Assembly: GCA_051362555.1 (NCBI GenBank)
Contig: CM120648.1
Coordinates: forward strand, 16,860,587-16,924,586
Source of the DNA: Lingula anatina
Taxonomy: Eukaryota > Animalia > Brachiopoda
Reading direction: 5' to 3'
DNA: 64,000 nt
Positions within the stretch are counted from its first letter, which is position 1. Each line of letters opens with the position of its first letter. The notes beneath the pieces were generated by a model. It made no database searches. It saw only the letters and a program-made list of their open reading frames with translations, and had not been told where the DNA came from. Both the position numbers and the translations under genes were made by a program. Positions 35,255 through 48,800 of the stretch are shown here, piece by piece.

Positions 35255-36409
35255 ATTAATCAGAATCAAAGTTGTGACAAACGTACGTAAAGTCAGGCAG
35301 GCCAAGGGAGTCCGCACACTCCTCGTGGGCCCACATATTTCATGCACAACATACCATCCACTTTTCATGTGCTTTACTGTTTGACCATGACTCCATGCAA
35401 ACACATTTATCTTCACTGTCAGCATTTTCTAAATAGTAAAAGTTTTTTCTTTGGATTTTGATTATCAAATGATATTAGTTTGAGGCACTCCCACTCAGGC
35501 ACTTTCTTAATATAATCTCGTAAGGTTGAACATGGAATGTCAAGTTTTTTCTATATCCATCAGTGGTGGGTCTGTAATGTTGTATGGCATGCTTTATTGT
35601 CTCTTCATCATACTTTAGGTTTTTTTCTTATACGTTCCTCCACCATCTGAAAATAAAATACAATGTCTATGAATCAACAATTTAGTTTGGTAATAACACA
35701 TATAATACAGGGGCGGATCCAGGATTATTTGAAGGGGGGGTGCTGATGCAAAGCTGAAGCCCCGATCCCCCCCCCCCCCTCCACCCCACCAGGCATGGGG
35801 TTCGGGGTCCGAAAATTGTTGGTACTTTAGAGGGCAAACGGAGCAATTTGGTGCGGTTTAGAAATATGATTCAGCTAGTCAGAATACTAATTCAAGCGGG
35901 GACCAGAAATCGAAGAGGTGGGGGGGAGGAACCCCTGACCCCACGTCTAAATCCGCCACTGTAATGTCACCATGTCAATACGACAAAGCTCTTAGAATAC
36001 CTGTTCAAAAATAAAACATTAAAAAAACATAAACTTTCATTAGAAAATATGTTTAACAACAGGTTTTATGTAATGAGGCAAGTCCGCCCAGGAGTGAACT
36101 AGCTAAGTCCCGTGCAAAAGTAGCGGACTTGCCCCAATAGAACTTAATGCAAACATAATGTAAATCAATACTCTGTCGACAAAAAAAAAGACAGTAAATA
36201 GAGTCTGATTTTTTTTACCAGGTAATAAAACTGAGTTTTGACTGACGAGGAATAGAACACTACGTGGTCTTACAGGCCACGATTTTTGTTTTGATAGCGC
36301 ACTTCCACGTGTAATATAGCGGAGGGCGGAATTCAACGTTTCACTTTTGAGATATGGGGGTGTGTGTGCAAATTTGCCCCGAGGGCGGACTAACCCCCTT
36401 CCCCTACGG
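35255..36409 (-). mobile_element. Internally deleted pogo/Fot1-like transposon (HTH-psq and C-terminal PHD-like remnants)
   Basis: From ATG 35646: KYDEETIKHAIQHYR...GYRK/(fs)LDIPCSTLRDYIKK. At 35425-35265: CVCMESWSNSKAHEKWMVCCA*NMWAHEEC...YVCHN. DDE core absent; probable terminus ~36409. Confidence 0.7.
35708..35961 (+). mobile_element. hAT-like MITE
   Basis: CAGGGGCGGATCC...ATCCGCCACTG termini. Confidence 0.6.
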
Positions 36410-36993
36410 TGCACGTATACTGCCCGTAATACCCTTATCACACGGCGTCTGAGAGGAGGTAGATGATGACCGTGCGAAATCGTACTGATTTTAGGCCATT
36501 TAAATGTAGACATACTCGGCGTAGATCCTAGCTCCGGACGATTTCAAAAAAAAAAAAAAGAAAGTATGGACAATTTCAGCGCACGGGCCGGTGTAAATGT
36601 AAACTATATGTAGGCTTTAATTGTGTTTTAAAAATATCACTAGGTAAAAATGCGAAGGTTCAATCTGGCATTGGACCATCCACATATGCCACGTACAACT
36701 GAAGACGAACATCAACTAACCCTTTCACTTACGGTAATTCAGGGACGGATCCAGGATTATTTGAAGAGGAGGGGCACAGATGCCAAGCCACCCCACCCTG
36801 CCGTGGGGTTCGCTTTAGGCCCCAAACAATTCTGATACTTAGAGGGTGCACGGTGTCATTCGGTTCTATTCAGAACTGTAATTCAGCAAGTCAACATTCT
36901 AATTTCAAGAGGAAATGTAAGCGCAATTTTTTTCAGAAATCAGGACCCCCCTGCCCCCCCCCCCCCCAAAAAAAAAAATCCGCCTCTTTCAAT

Positions 36994-37733
36994 TTATGGC
37001 AAGCGCAATGAGGACGGCACAGAGAACGGCACATACAGAGGGAAATAAATATTTTTAATTACTAATTCAAGCCTGTCAAATCTGCTGTCGAAATGCCGTT
37101 TGTTATCTTCTGCCCAGCTGCGTATTTCACACACTATTGTATCTATCTCCTGTAAGCTAAAGTTGAATTCCTGTATCTTTTCCACTTCCTTTGGATCTGC
37201 ACCAAGTGCTAGAACAGAAGCACCGGCGATTTCCCAATTTGTGCGGAATGTCTCCATGTCTTGGATCCCATATTTGGCGGAATGCTGTAAAAAATTCCTG
37301 ACATTTTTAAGCCGTTGGATGTGTTCGATGAAACCCTGTGTCGTTTGTGGAGGGGTACTTGTCGTGGCATTTGCTTTGGGCCATTTTAGGTTGGCTTTGT
37401 CTGGGTGAAGATTTCTTATCAATAACACCAGCAATGTAATGTCAAACGTTTCCACATCTGTATGACCAGAGGCAGGGTACAACAGATTCCACTGAGAGTC
37501 GTATATGGCCTTTGTTTTCTTGAGTTTCTCAAGTTCCTTTCTCACGCCTTTCTTGCCTAAAAACTGAACCACTGCATTGTTATCACTGATGTCCCCACCG
37601 TCAGTGATGCCAGGCCTAACAACATCCTTGAAGAAGAAGGTTTTAATGGCTTTCGTTCCAAGTTCAATAACGAGATAATGCAGCCTTGTAAACCTCTGTG
37701 TATGGATAAATGACACATTCGGGCCACTCGCAC
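36994..37733 (-). CDS. DZIP3-like HEPN domain exon
   Basis: 'RFTRLHYLVIELGTKAIK', 'QWNLLYP', 'FDITLLVLLIRNL', 'IQRLKNVRNFLQH' (RxxxxH). Acceptor ttttctatttgtag| at 37734. Confidence 0.85.
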
Positions 37734-38053
37734 CTACAAATAGAAAATTCTGATAATGATCAATGCTTTTTGTACAATAATTTTATAGGGAAAGAGAGTG
37801 AGTAGTATACTAGTGTGTGCGTGTGCGTGCGTGCGTGCGTATGTGTTTTTGTGTGTAAAATATACTGCATTATGGCAGAAATATGTAGTCAGTGAAATGT
37901 GCTGTCATATGAACAGGGGGGTACATGCTAATAACATTATGCTATTTTTTTATATTGAAGATTTGTAAAAAAAAAATAAATAAATAAAAGTAAAAATAAG
38001 AATAATGAACACACCTCTAGGCCTAACCCAAGCACTACCAAATACAAAATTAC

Positions 38054-38086
38054 CTGGTTCACTTGTTTGTACTGCCTGTGCACTAT
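38054..38086 (-). CDS. 33-bp phase-1/1 micro-exon in frame with the HEPN exon
   Basis: atttttacag|ATAGTGCACAGGCAGTACAAACAAGTGAACCAG|gtaa gives (D)SAQAVQTSEPG-ASGPNVSF. Confidence 0.65.
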
Positions 38087-38271
38087 CTGTAAAAATAAGG
38101 ATTTTAAGAATGTGCGCATGATGAACCACAATTAGCAATTATAATAATATACGTGTAATTTAAGTATGAAGAAACTTATTAATGGATATGTGTTGTGAGC
38201 AAAAGGTAACCCGCTGCACATGTATACCTGCCGCACCGCAGGTAAAATGTCAAAATACGACCAGGGCATAT

Positions 38272-38820
38272 TCAGGCCTACCCAACTACCAGACTCGACA
38301 CCTAAGGATCCTGAATTAACCGGTATATCGGACTGCAAGACCCGTTTTCAAGGTGTGTATCAGATCGCATTTCGGAGTATCAGTTGGAACACCGACAGGA
38401 TGAGCCCACGCTCGACTGTCACCTTGATTGGATAGTAAACGATTGTCGTAAAATCGCTATTTGATTTTAAAACCGGGTGCATAAATTTGAAAGCCACCTA
38501 GATGAATCTTAGACCGCAACATTAATCTAATACAATGCAAAAATCCCTATCAAAAGTGGTTAAAACATTCAAACCGAATGTCGTAAAGTCCCCATATACC
38601 CCCATAGAGACAATAAAATAGAGTACTCTAAAGCAAGAGTACAGTTTAAGGTTGTTCAGCCGAGCGTGGATGAGCCCGCAGTCGTGCTACAAAATTTGTT
38701 CTGGGGTATGATACTCCGAAATGCGACCTAACACACACCTTGAAAACAGGTAGTGTGGTCCAATATAACGGTTAATTCAAGGATCCTTATGTGCCGAGTC
38801 TGGTAGTTGGGTAGGCCTGA
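38272..38820. mobile_element. MITE of the TCAGGCCTACCC family, TSD TAT, with nested insertion
   Basis: TIRs shared with 19991-20895. Confidence 0.8.
38407..38668. mobile_element. 262-bp member of the CACGCTCG family, 8-bp TSD GATGAGCC
   Basis: Homologous to the 8789-8982 arm; TSD at 38399-38406 and 38669-38676. Confidence 0.82.
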
Positions 38821-39238
38821 TATTAATTTTTGTCATTAAATGCTTTCCAAATATGCTTGGGCATTTGTTTTTAAATCAAAAGTTAAAACAATTCTAGCGC
38901 TGTACACGGCTGGGTAATAAATCTAATATGCAACAATTTATATGAAAAATTTTCGCAACACAGAATGGCAATAGTCTTACCCTCACCCAGACTTTGATGC
39001 CCATGTAAAACTCGTATTGTTAGCATGATTAAAATATAAACTGCATGGTGTTGTGGAGAATATTTATATTGTTTTAACGAAGTCGATGGGCGAAAATTAC
39101 CAATGGTTATAAAGTACAGAAAAATACTGATAAGATGTGTAAAATATCATTTTTCGGGGATTATGAAAATACATTTGACTAAGTATTTACTAAGTTAAGC
39201 CTATATTATTTTAATATATATATGGTTGCATTTAGATT

Positions 39239-39553
39239 TATGGAACGCCATTCACGCAAAAAATGCAAACGTCAATTCAACAATCTATCGGCACTATTTA
39301 ACAACCAAAACCTACTTTAACTATCTAAACTTAATTCTACTAAATTAGTTTTGGTCATTTTAATCATTCGTCAAAATCTAACAATCACAAATGATTCAAG
39401 TCAGTTACTGCAACTCAACAATCAGTTATCGCAACTCAACAATCAGTTACAGCAACTCAACAATCAGTTGTTGCAAACGGTCATTCGCGGACTTAACACC
39501 AGATGGCGCGCGCGCACCGTCAGCGATCTGAAACGTCCTTGACCTTTTCCATG
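39239..39553 (+). mobile_element. IS3EU-like terminal fragment (TATGG..., 21-bp repeats)
   Basis: TATGGAACGCCATTCACGCAAAAAATGCAAAC, GCAACTCAACAATCAGTTA repeats, ACCAGATGGCGC; inverted homolog at 63741-63998. Confidence 0.55.
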
Positions 39554-39880
39554 GTTTTAACAGTATTAAAATACGTGGTGCCTCGATTTGAAACCATTCA
39601 GCTTAAATTGTGTTTTTAGTCTCCAAATACTTAAAAAATCAATAAAGCTAATCGACAAGAACCTATTATATCGTATCTTTTATATAAATTATTATTACAT
39701 ATCACAATAATAAACGAGCCGCCTTTTGATGTACGCCCGGCTATAACCTCTTTTAAAAAATATCAATTTTTTTTTAGATTCGTATTGTTTGGTTCCATTG
39801 CCTCGCTTTTAAAAATTAGAACAAAATCGTAAGACGAAGTTAAAATTTTTATATTGGCCGAGTTCGCCCCTGACTAGAAT

Positions 39881-41679
39881 GCCTATACGTCCCCGCACCG
39901 ATACTCCCGCGCTTCTTTACATCACCGCACCAATACTCCCCCGCACCAATACTCCCCCGCTTCTTTACATCCTCGCATCGATACTTCCCCCCACTGATGC
40001 TCCCGCCTACCAATACTCCGCAAAAACACTACTCCCCCAAAGCAAAGATTCCCTGGGCTTTGTAAACACATATCGTGATTCAAAACCCTTTCTATTATGC
40101 TATTTTTTTTTTCAAGATGCACCACCCTCTTGGGACACATAGGGGATTGACACAATTTATTCGAAATATATTGGGGAAAATAAAGGGCGTTACTCGAAGT
40201 CGATCTCAGACTTTGCGTGCAGCTTAACAGTACGTAGGCCTATAGCTATGCCTTGTAAATTTGAGAAATGTTTGTGCAAAATAAATATTGTTCTCCTACT
40301 GTAGTTACCGTATTTATATTATACGCCCTTTTATTTATTTACTTAAGGCAAAGTTAGTTTTAATCTAAGATGACGCAGCTATGTCTTTTCTTCAGGCAAC
40401 GATGATTTTGTTAAATTATTAAATAATAAAAAAGCAGTGTTAAAGCGCTTCGTTTTCTGTTATCTTCCTCCAACCTTCTTTTCTGCTCTTAAACTTCTTT
40501 CCCTTGTCTTTTGGAGGCACATTAGAATCTGAATTGAGCAAAATTCAAAATTTTTGAAAATTGTTGGACTTCGAGCATGCGTCGTGAGCACACCTATTAT
40601 TCTCGCAGTCCCGCCGTGTTTTTGACTTACTTCGTCATAGATGTGAGGGCGTGCGCCGTACTCAACACGCAAAGGGCACTTTCTCTTTCATTGCTTGCGA
40701 CGTGCGTCTTGGACCACGCAAGTCTCACTTGCAAACTCCTCGCAAACTCCTTGTGAAGGGAGCAAGTTACGCTTGCGGCCCCGCTGTTTAAAGATTATTT
40801 AAACAGCGAGGCCGCAAGCGTAACTTGAGATTATTTGTAGAATAAAGCGTAACAAAGATTATTTGTAGCATCTATTGGAAATGTTTAGTATCCTCCGTAC
40901 GTGCTTACATACGTGCATGCGAACTTGTAATTTCGCATACAGGACTTGCGTGGCACGTGAGATTCTCCGCAAAATTTGGACTCGAACGGGTCGTAAGAGC
41001 CCGTGCGGCCGGTTGTGAATGAGACTAATGTGTTGTCGCCCAAGATTTTTTAGGAACTTTGCGGCTTCTTTTGTACAATACCGATGTTCAATTGTAAGCA
41101 ATTAAGAGTTGTATGCACTGCGCAATAGCATAAAAACAACATCACCAAGGATCTCCCTGTGGCCATTTTTTTTTTACTTATCTCACCAATATCCAAAGCG
41201 TTTTTCCATTTGAAAAAAGTATTTCTTATACAATGTAGGCCGTGCTTCCAAGTCGTTGACCAATTTTTCAAATCTATATGTGAAAAAAATTGATGCAAGG
41301 TGACAGACTCTCCCATGATAGACAGTCCAGTTCCCATCAATTTGCATAGGTAATTCAGCCCCGCCCTAGATTTTGACCCACTTACGTCAATTGACCCTAA
41401 CCTGTAGGCCTATAATTAAATGAAGGGATGACTCTCCGTTACCCAGACCCTCAGTTTCGTGGAAATTGCATAGGGGGAGTAATAATGCGGGGAGTATCGT
41501 TGCGGGGGAGTAACGGTGTGCGTATAACGGCAATTTTAGAGGGGATTTATCGATGCGGGGATCAATCGGTGTGAGGTCGTATCGATGTGCATAATGCAAA
41601 AATTTACTAAGGGGAAGTATCGGTGCGGGGGAATATTAGTACGGGGGAGTTACGGTGCGGGGGAGTATCGGCATGACCC
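39881..41679. mobile_element. MULE-like non-autonomous element with repetitive subterminal inverted repeats
   Basis: CCCCGCACC(G/A)ATACT repeats at left, inverse at right ending GGCATGACCC; CTAGAAT flanks both sides; nested hairpin at 40763-40827. Confidence 0.55.
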
Positions 41680-41900
41680 CTAGAATATCCTCACAGCATT
41701 ATCTGCAATTAACCTTCCTACGCTTTTTAATGTATTTTGCAATATAATTTTCATTCCTCTCGATGGATAATTTTATTAATCAAGAGTGGGGGAGGGAAAA
41801 TCCCTTTGGTGCCACATATAACACTATAAATGCGAAAGAAATTACCCTATTTGTGAAGAGAAAATAAATGCATTTGTTTATTTCAAACAGCGTACTTTTC

Positions 41901-42013
41901 GCGCATGCGCAGTAGTTTGAGACCTGTGCTATTCCGTATATTATTCGAGTAGGAACTACACAGCCTGGGAGCCACCGGTCTGCCGCTAGGAGGCTTTTAA
42001 CCAAACCGGAAGT
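41901..42013. promoter_or_regulatory. Promoter-like motif pair (NRF1 and ETS)
   Basis: GCGCATGCGC at 41901-41910 and CCGGAAGT at 42006-42013; motif match only. Confidence 0.3.
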
Positions 42014-42122
42014 TGAAGAATTTGAATTGGGTGAAATTTTTTGAGATTTATAGGGTGTCAGAAACGGTGGAATATCTCGGCTATTAAGGGTATAAAAGTT
42101 TTGTTATGTATACTGTCATTTT

Positions 42123-44491
42123 AACAAGGCAGCAAAGCTGTCAAATGTACAGACAAAAAGCAGACAATAACAATGCACAAAACAGGCTACTGTCAATTCT
42201 GATGCAAAAGTACATTATGCTTAACTGCAAATTCAACATCAAATTTTAATTATGCTCAACAGGTAATACCAATGTAAGTAAAATGTGTAACAAGCGTAAG
42301 GCTTCAGGCCCATGGGAGTTTAAGTTCACATTTTGAAAATGCCAGAATGAGAAAAATGAAAATTTCACATAAAACTGCTTAAAATCAATAATAAATGATA
42401 ACCCATTTGAGCTGGCTTTCTAATTTGAACTGCATGCCAATCCTACAAATCATACTTGTAAGTTGAAAATAATAATAAGTAACATAGTTTTCTTTTCATA
42501 ATGTTTGTAGTAGCAGTGCAAAAAAGATTTTTGTCAATTTTGATGTAACATTACAAAATAAATTAAAGAATAATTATCACCAAATTTTGATTATTGACTA
42601 TAATTAGCATGGACATGTAGAAAATTTGATTACCATTTGGCTTCATGTCCATGGGAGCTTCGAGTCCCACAATGAATATGCCAACATGATAAAAATGAAT
42701 ATTTCACTAAAATGTATAACTTCCAGAAAAAGAAGCCAATTAGACTGCTTTTCCAACTCAGGCTGCATTTTAGTCCTTTGTTTCTTTTTTGAAAGTTTGA
42801 CAATCATAAGTAACATGGTTTTCCCATAATGGTCATCATGGCAGCAGCACCCAAAATTGTGTTTTCTTCTATTTTAATGCAATATTACATAATGCTTAAC
42901 AGCATAATGACCATCAGTTTTTAATAATAAAATATCCGTATCGTGGATTTTCAGAAAATGTGATTAGCATGGGTCTTCAAGCCCGTGGAGGTTCTAAGTC
43001 ACACCTTGAAAATGCCAATATGTGAAAAATTAAATTTTCACAAAAAACTGATTAACTGCCAAAAAAATTTACCAAATAGTCTGCATTGCCCACTGAAGCT
43101 TTATTTAAGTCCCATGTTTCTTCCTGTAAGTTTGAGAACAGTAAGTGACATGGTTTTCCTTAAATGGTCATCATGGGAGCAGTGTCCAAAATAGGGGTGT
43201 CTTCAAATTTTGATGCACTATTACATAATGTTTACAGGATAATTACCATCAATTTTTAATAATAAAATATTAGTATCATGGATATTCAGAAAATGTTCCT
43301 AGCAAAGGTCTTCAGGCCCATGGAACTTCAAAGTCACAACTTGAAAATGCCAAAATGTAAACAAGACAGCACTGTCTTGAAATGTTTTTTTTCCATTTTT
43401 AACAATTTTTAACATAAAACAAAATTAACAGTTTTCTGCCGTTTTTATATGATCAACTAAGAAAATTGATGAGATGGGAAAAATATCAATAGAACAGTGT
43501 TTAATGTCCAATTTCCTCCATTCTGAGTTTCTGAACATAGTGAATGAATGAATCTGACAAACTGCAATGATATGAGTTTATTTCCATTTTTGAAACTCTA
43601 TTATACAATACATGATAACAAGTTTACCATCATTTTTACATAATCAACTAACAATGTTGTAAAGATGCAGGAAATGTCAAACAAACACTTTTACGAATCT
43701 TATTAGTTAAATAATGAGACTGTTAACATGCCTAAGAATTGAATCTGAGGAAACGTTTAAAAACAGCATAACTTGTAAAATAATGGCCCGATTATGCTGA
43801 TTTTCGAACTTGACCTGCATTTTAGTAAGATTAATTACTCCTGTGAGTTTCATGACAACAGGTCTATCGGTTTTCCTTGAAATGTGTTAACAGTGTTGCA
43901 CATATGCTGAAAAGTGAAAAAAACAGCATAACTACTAAAATAGTGGCCCGATCATGCCGATTTTCGAACTTGATCTGCGTTTTAGTAAGATTAATTACTC
44001 CTGTGAGTTTCATGACAACAGGCCTATCGGTTTTCCTTGAAATGTGTTAACAGTGTTGCACATATGCTGAAAAGTGAAAAAAACAGCATAACTACTAAAA
44101 TAGTGGCCCGATCATGCCGATTTTCGAACTTGATCTGCGTTTTAGTAAGATTAATTACTCCTGTGAGTTTCATGACAACAGGCCTATCGGTTTTCCTTGA
44201 AATGTGTTAACAGTGTTGCATATATGCTAAAAAGTGAAAACACAGCATAAATACTACAATAATTGCCCAAACATGCTGATTTTCAAACTTGACCTGCGTT
44301 TTATGAATATTCATCAGCTCTGTAAATATAAAGCCAAAAAGTAAAACTGTCTTCCACTTATCGTGTTAACGATGAAAGTGCACGGCGACGGCGACATCGA
44401 CGGTGACAGGGACGGCGACAGGGACGGGGACGGCGACGACAGACGCAGGTGATGGCAATATGTACAGACACATCTGTGTCTGTACATAAAA
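42123..44491 (+). mobile_element. HINE family A, complete copy
   Basis: Both ends present; three near-identical 160-bp units at ~43790-44270. Confidence 0.8.
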
Positions 44492-44993
44492 AGTAAATTG
44501 CAAATCATGTCAGATGCTCCTCGAGTTGATTTAAACCCTGTTAAATGTAGAAAAGCGAGTTTGAAACCAAATATTTTACTAAAGCTACAGCGGAAGTTCA
44601 ACTTTGACTCAAATGCTTGCATTCTTAGAGAACAGGTTCCAATTTTAAATTACCAGTAAGTTGTGGCAAATTTATTCAGCTTTCTGTAAATGTAAGCATG
44701 TACGGAACTTTACCTTCATCCAGGAATGGCACAAATCAATTCACACCCATGTATGCAAAAAATGTCTTCCTTGCAACAACCGTATACCAGCCTCGTTTTG
44801 ACTCATTACATCCTGTAGGTATTCTGACCTCGTTTGGGTTTTTCCACCGCTCATTATTGTCTATATAGTGAAATGAAGCTTGCACAGGATGAATAGAGGA
44901 AAATAAACATTTCATATTTTTTCTTTGTAAATAAGCATTTATTTATTATACGAGTCCAACCGATAAGAGTCCCTTTTTATGAAAAAAAAAAAA

Positions 44994-45792
44994 AACAAGG
45001 CAGCAAAGCTGTCAAATGTACAGACAAAAAACAGAAAATAAAGATGCAAAATAGGTCATTTTGTCAATTTTGATGCAATAATAAATAATGCTTATAATAG
45101 CACTGTCAGTCAACACTGAATTTTAATCATGCACAACAGGTAAAATGGTCAATAACATGAGCGGACCCAGAGATATTTTCTGACAGTATTCCAAAGTATC
45201 TATTTTGATCCATCCTCCATTTTGATGGTCTTCCAACAGAAGAAAAAATAGATACCAGGCAATATAAACTTAATAACCTGACTGTCTTCCGGAAGTCCCA
45301 GAAGATGGTCTCAATCTACCCTTTCAATAAGATTACAGTTTCAGGACCATGAGAGTTCAAATTCACATGATGTAAGTCTCAATATTTGAAAAATGATGAC
45401 AGTGCATAAAATAATATTACATAAGTAACATAATGTTTAAAGACATAAAAAACAATACAACTGCTTATGTGGAAAAACAGAAATGTCAGAGTCTCAGGCG
45501 GATGAGAGTTTAAAGTCACAAATGCAAGTGTTTGAGAAAAAATTATAAAGGAAAACAACAAAACTAGAAAAGCACTCCGAGAGTGCAGTCCTCTGCCAAG
45601 GTAGCAATTGTTGATTATTATTGATTTTTGTCCTCTTTGGCCCACTTCTGACAGTTCCTGAAAATTTCAGCAAAATCGGTCCATAACTTTTTGAGTTATG
45701 TTGATGACAAACAGGGGTGAAAATATAACCTCCTTGGCAGAGGTAAATATAATTCCAATGAAGCTGCTATTCAAACTTTTAATCTTTCAGTT

Positions 45793-45859
<67 letters not shown>

Positions 45860-48800
45860 TTATTTGCAATATTAAACAAAATTTACCTGCATAATTATCA
45901 CTGCTTCCTTATTATTAATCTAGCAGAGAGCTTAACCTATGGGAGTTTACAGGGAAATATCAACAAGTGTGCTTTATGTAATCTCAAATCACAAGTGTGC
46001 TTTATGTAGCCTATCAATTAGGCAAATTACTTTATAACTGAAATTAGCGAAGTGATACCCAAGGGAAATTTATAGACTGACCCTCTCAAAGGTCTTTCAG
46101 GCCCATAAGTCACAACTTAAGAAGAGCACAAAACAATAATGCACAAAATAGGAGACTACAACTTCTGATGCAATAATACATTATGTTTAACTGCACAGTC
46201 AACATCAAATTTTAATTTTGCACAACAGGTAACACCGATGAGAGTAAAAGCATAAGGCTTCAGGCCCATCAGAGTTCAAGTTTATACTTAGAAAGTGCCA
46301 GAATGAGAAAAATGAAATTTCACACAAAATTGCATTAAATTCAATAATAAATGATAACCCAATTGACCTGGCTTTCTAATTTGAACTGCATGCCAATCCT
46401 AAAAATCATACTCTTAAGTTAAATATAATAATAAATAACACAGTTTTCTTTTCATAATGTTTGCAGTAGCAGTGCAAAAAGATTATTGTCAATTTTGATG
46501 TAACATTACATAATAAATTATAGAATAATTATCACCAATTTTTGATTATTGACTATAAATAGCATGAACATGTAGAAAATTTGATTACCATCCGGCTTCA
46601 TGTCCATGGGAGCTCCGAGTCCCACAATGAATATGCCAAAAAGATAATGAATATTTCACTAAAATGAATAACTTCCAGAAAAAGAAGCCCATTAGACTGC
46701 TTTTCCAACTTGGGCTGCATTTTAGTCCTGTGTTTCTTTTTTGAAAGTTTGACAATCATAATGAACACGGTTTTCCCATCATGGTCATCATGGCAGATGT
46801 GGATGATTGAATCTGACAAACTGCAATGATATGAGTTTATTTCCGTTTTGGACACTTGATTACACTATACATGATAACAAGTTTACCATCATTTTTACAT
46901 AATCAACTAACAATGTTGTAAAGATGCAGGAAATATCAAACACACACTTTTACGTATCTTATTAGTTCAATAATGAGACTGTTAACATGCCTAAGAATTG
47001 AATCTGAGGAAATTTGAAAAAACAGTACAACTTCTAAAATAATGGCCCGATAACACTGATTTTCGAACTCAACCTGCATTTTTGTAAGATTGACCACTCC
47101 TGTGAGTATAATGACAATTGGCTAAGCTGTTTTTCTTATATTGTGTTATTAATGTTGCATATATGTTGAAAAAAGTGAAAAAACAGCATAAAAAAATTAA
47201 AAGAAAATGTAAAATAAAACATAACAAAAAATACCAATAAAGCTGCTATTCAAACTTTTAATCTAGCTGTACAATTACTAACATGATATGAATAACCCTA
47301 TTGAGTTTGAGAATAATAAGGCACTGTTATTCATCTTTAGCATTAATGTAAGCGTTACACAAATTTTTTTTTGTAAACTTATTTTCCATATTAAATAACA
47401 TTTACCTGCATAATAATCATCGATTCCTAATTATGTGACACAGTTAAGAAAGCTAAACCGATGGGACTTTACAATGAAATCTCAATGTGTGTTTATGTAA
47501 TCTCATTTAATACCCACTTGAAAATTAATTAAGCAAATTATTTTATAACCCTGAAATAACTTGAAAATCAATTAAGCAAATTATTTTATAACCCTGAATT
47601 AACTGCCTACTATCCATATACATTTATTGCACCAAATAGCACTGTACTGCATTGCTTTCAAAACAGAAAACAATTACGATGGTTTTCCAACACAAGCTGC
47701 ACTTCACTCTTTTCAGTAAGGTTGATTATCATAAGTAACATGGTTTTCCCTTAATCGCTATCCTGGCAGCAGTGTCCAAAATAGGGTTTTCTTTAACTTT
47801 CATGCAATATAACATAATACTTAACAGCATAATGACCATCAAATTTTTTATAAAAAAATAAAAGTATCATGGATATTCAGAAAATGTGATATGGAAAGGT
47901 CTCCAAGGACATGGAAGTTAGGGTCACACTTTCAAAATGCCAAAATGTTAACAAGAGATAACTGTACTGAAATGATTTTCTTTCCATTTTCAACACCTTT
48001 TTTTACATAAAACCATCATAACTGTCATTTTTAAATGATCAACTAGGAAAATTGTTGACATAGGAAAAATATCAATAGAACAATTTATAATGTCCAATTA
48101 GCTCCATTTGGAGATTCTGAACAAACTGAATGATTGAATCTGACGAACTGCAATGATGAGTTCCTTTCCATTTTTGATACTTTATTACACAATGCAGGAT
48201 AATAGGTTTACCGTCATTTTTATATAATCAACTAACAATATTGTTAAGAAGCAGAAAATGTTAAAACAACACTTTAACATATCCAATTAGTACCGTTATG
48301 AGACTGTTAACATGCTTAAGAATTAAATCTGAAGAAAAACCACTTATATACAAAAAGGCTAATAACTTCATCAAAACTTAACTGATCAAGCTTATTTTCA
48401 AACTTGATCTGTATACTGGTCAGATTGATCACTCCTGTGAGTTGCAAGACAAAAGGCTGATTGGTTTTCCTTAAAATGCGTTATCAGTGTTGCATGTATG
48501 CTGAATAAAGGGAAAAAAACAGCATTACTTTTGTAAAAATAGTCCAATCATGCCAATTTTCAAACTTGACCTGCGTATAATAAATATTCACCAGTTCTGT
48601 AAATTTCAATCCAAGGAAAGGAAAAACATTTTTACACTTATCATGTTATCGGTGTTATAAAAGTGCTGAAAAAATTGAAAAAAAAAAAAAAAAAAAAAAA
48701 ACAGGATAACTTCCATAAAAATTGCCCGATCTTGCTGATTTTCAAACTTGCCCTGTGTATTATGAATATTCATTAGTTCTGTAAGTTTCAAGCCAAATGA

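Noticed and set aside
39351-39542. Coiled-coil-like ORF (QLNNQL repeats)
   Set aside because: Product of a 21-bp tandem repeat in a transposon end.
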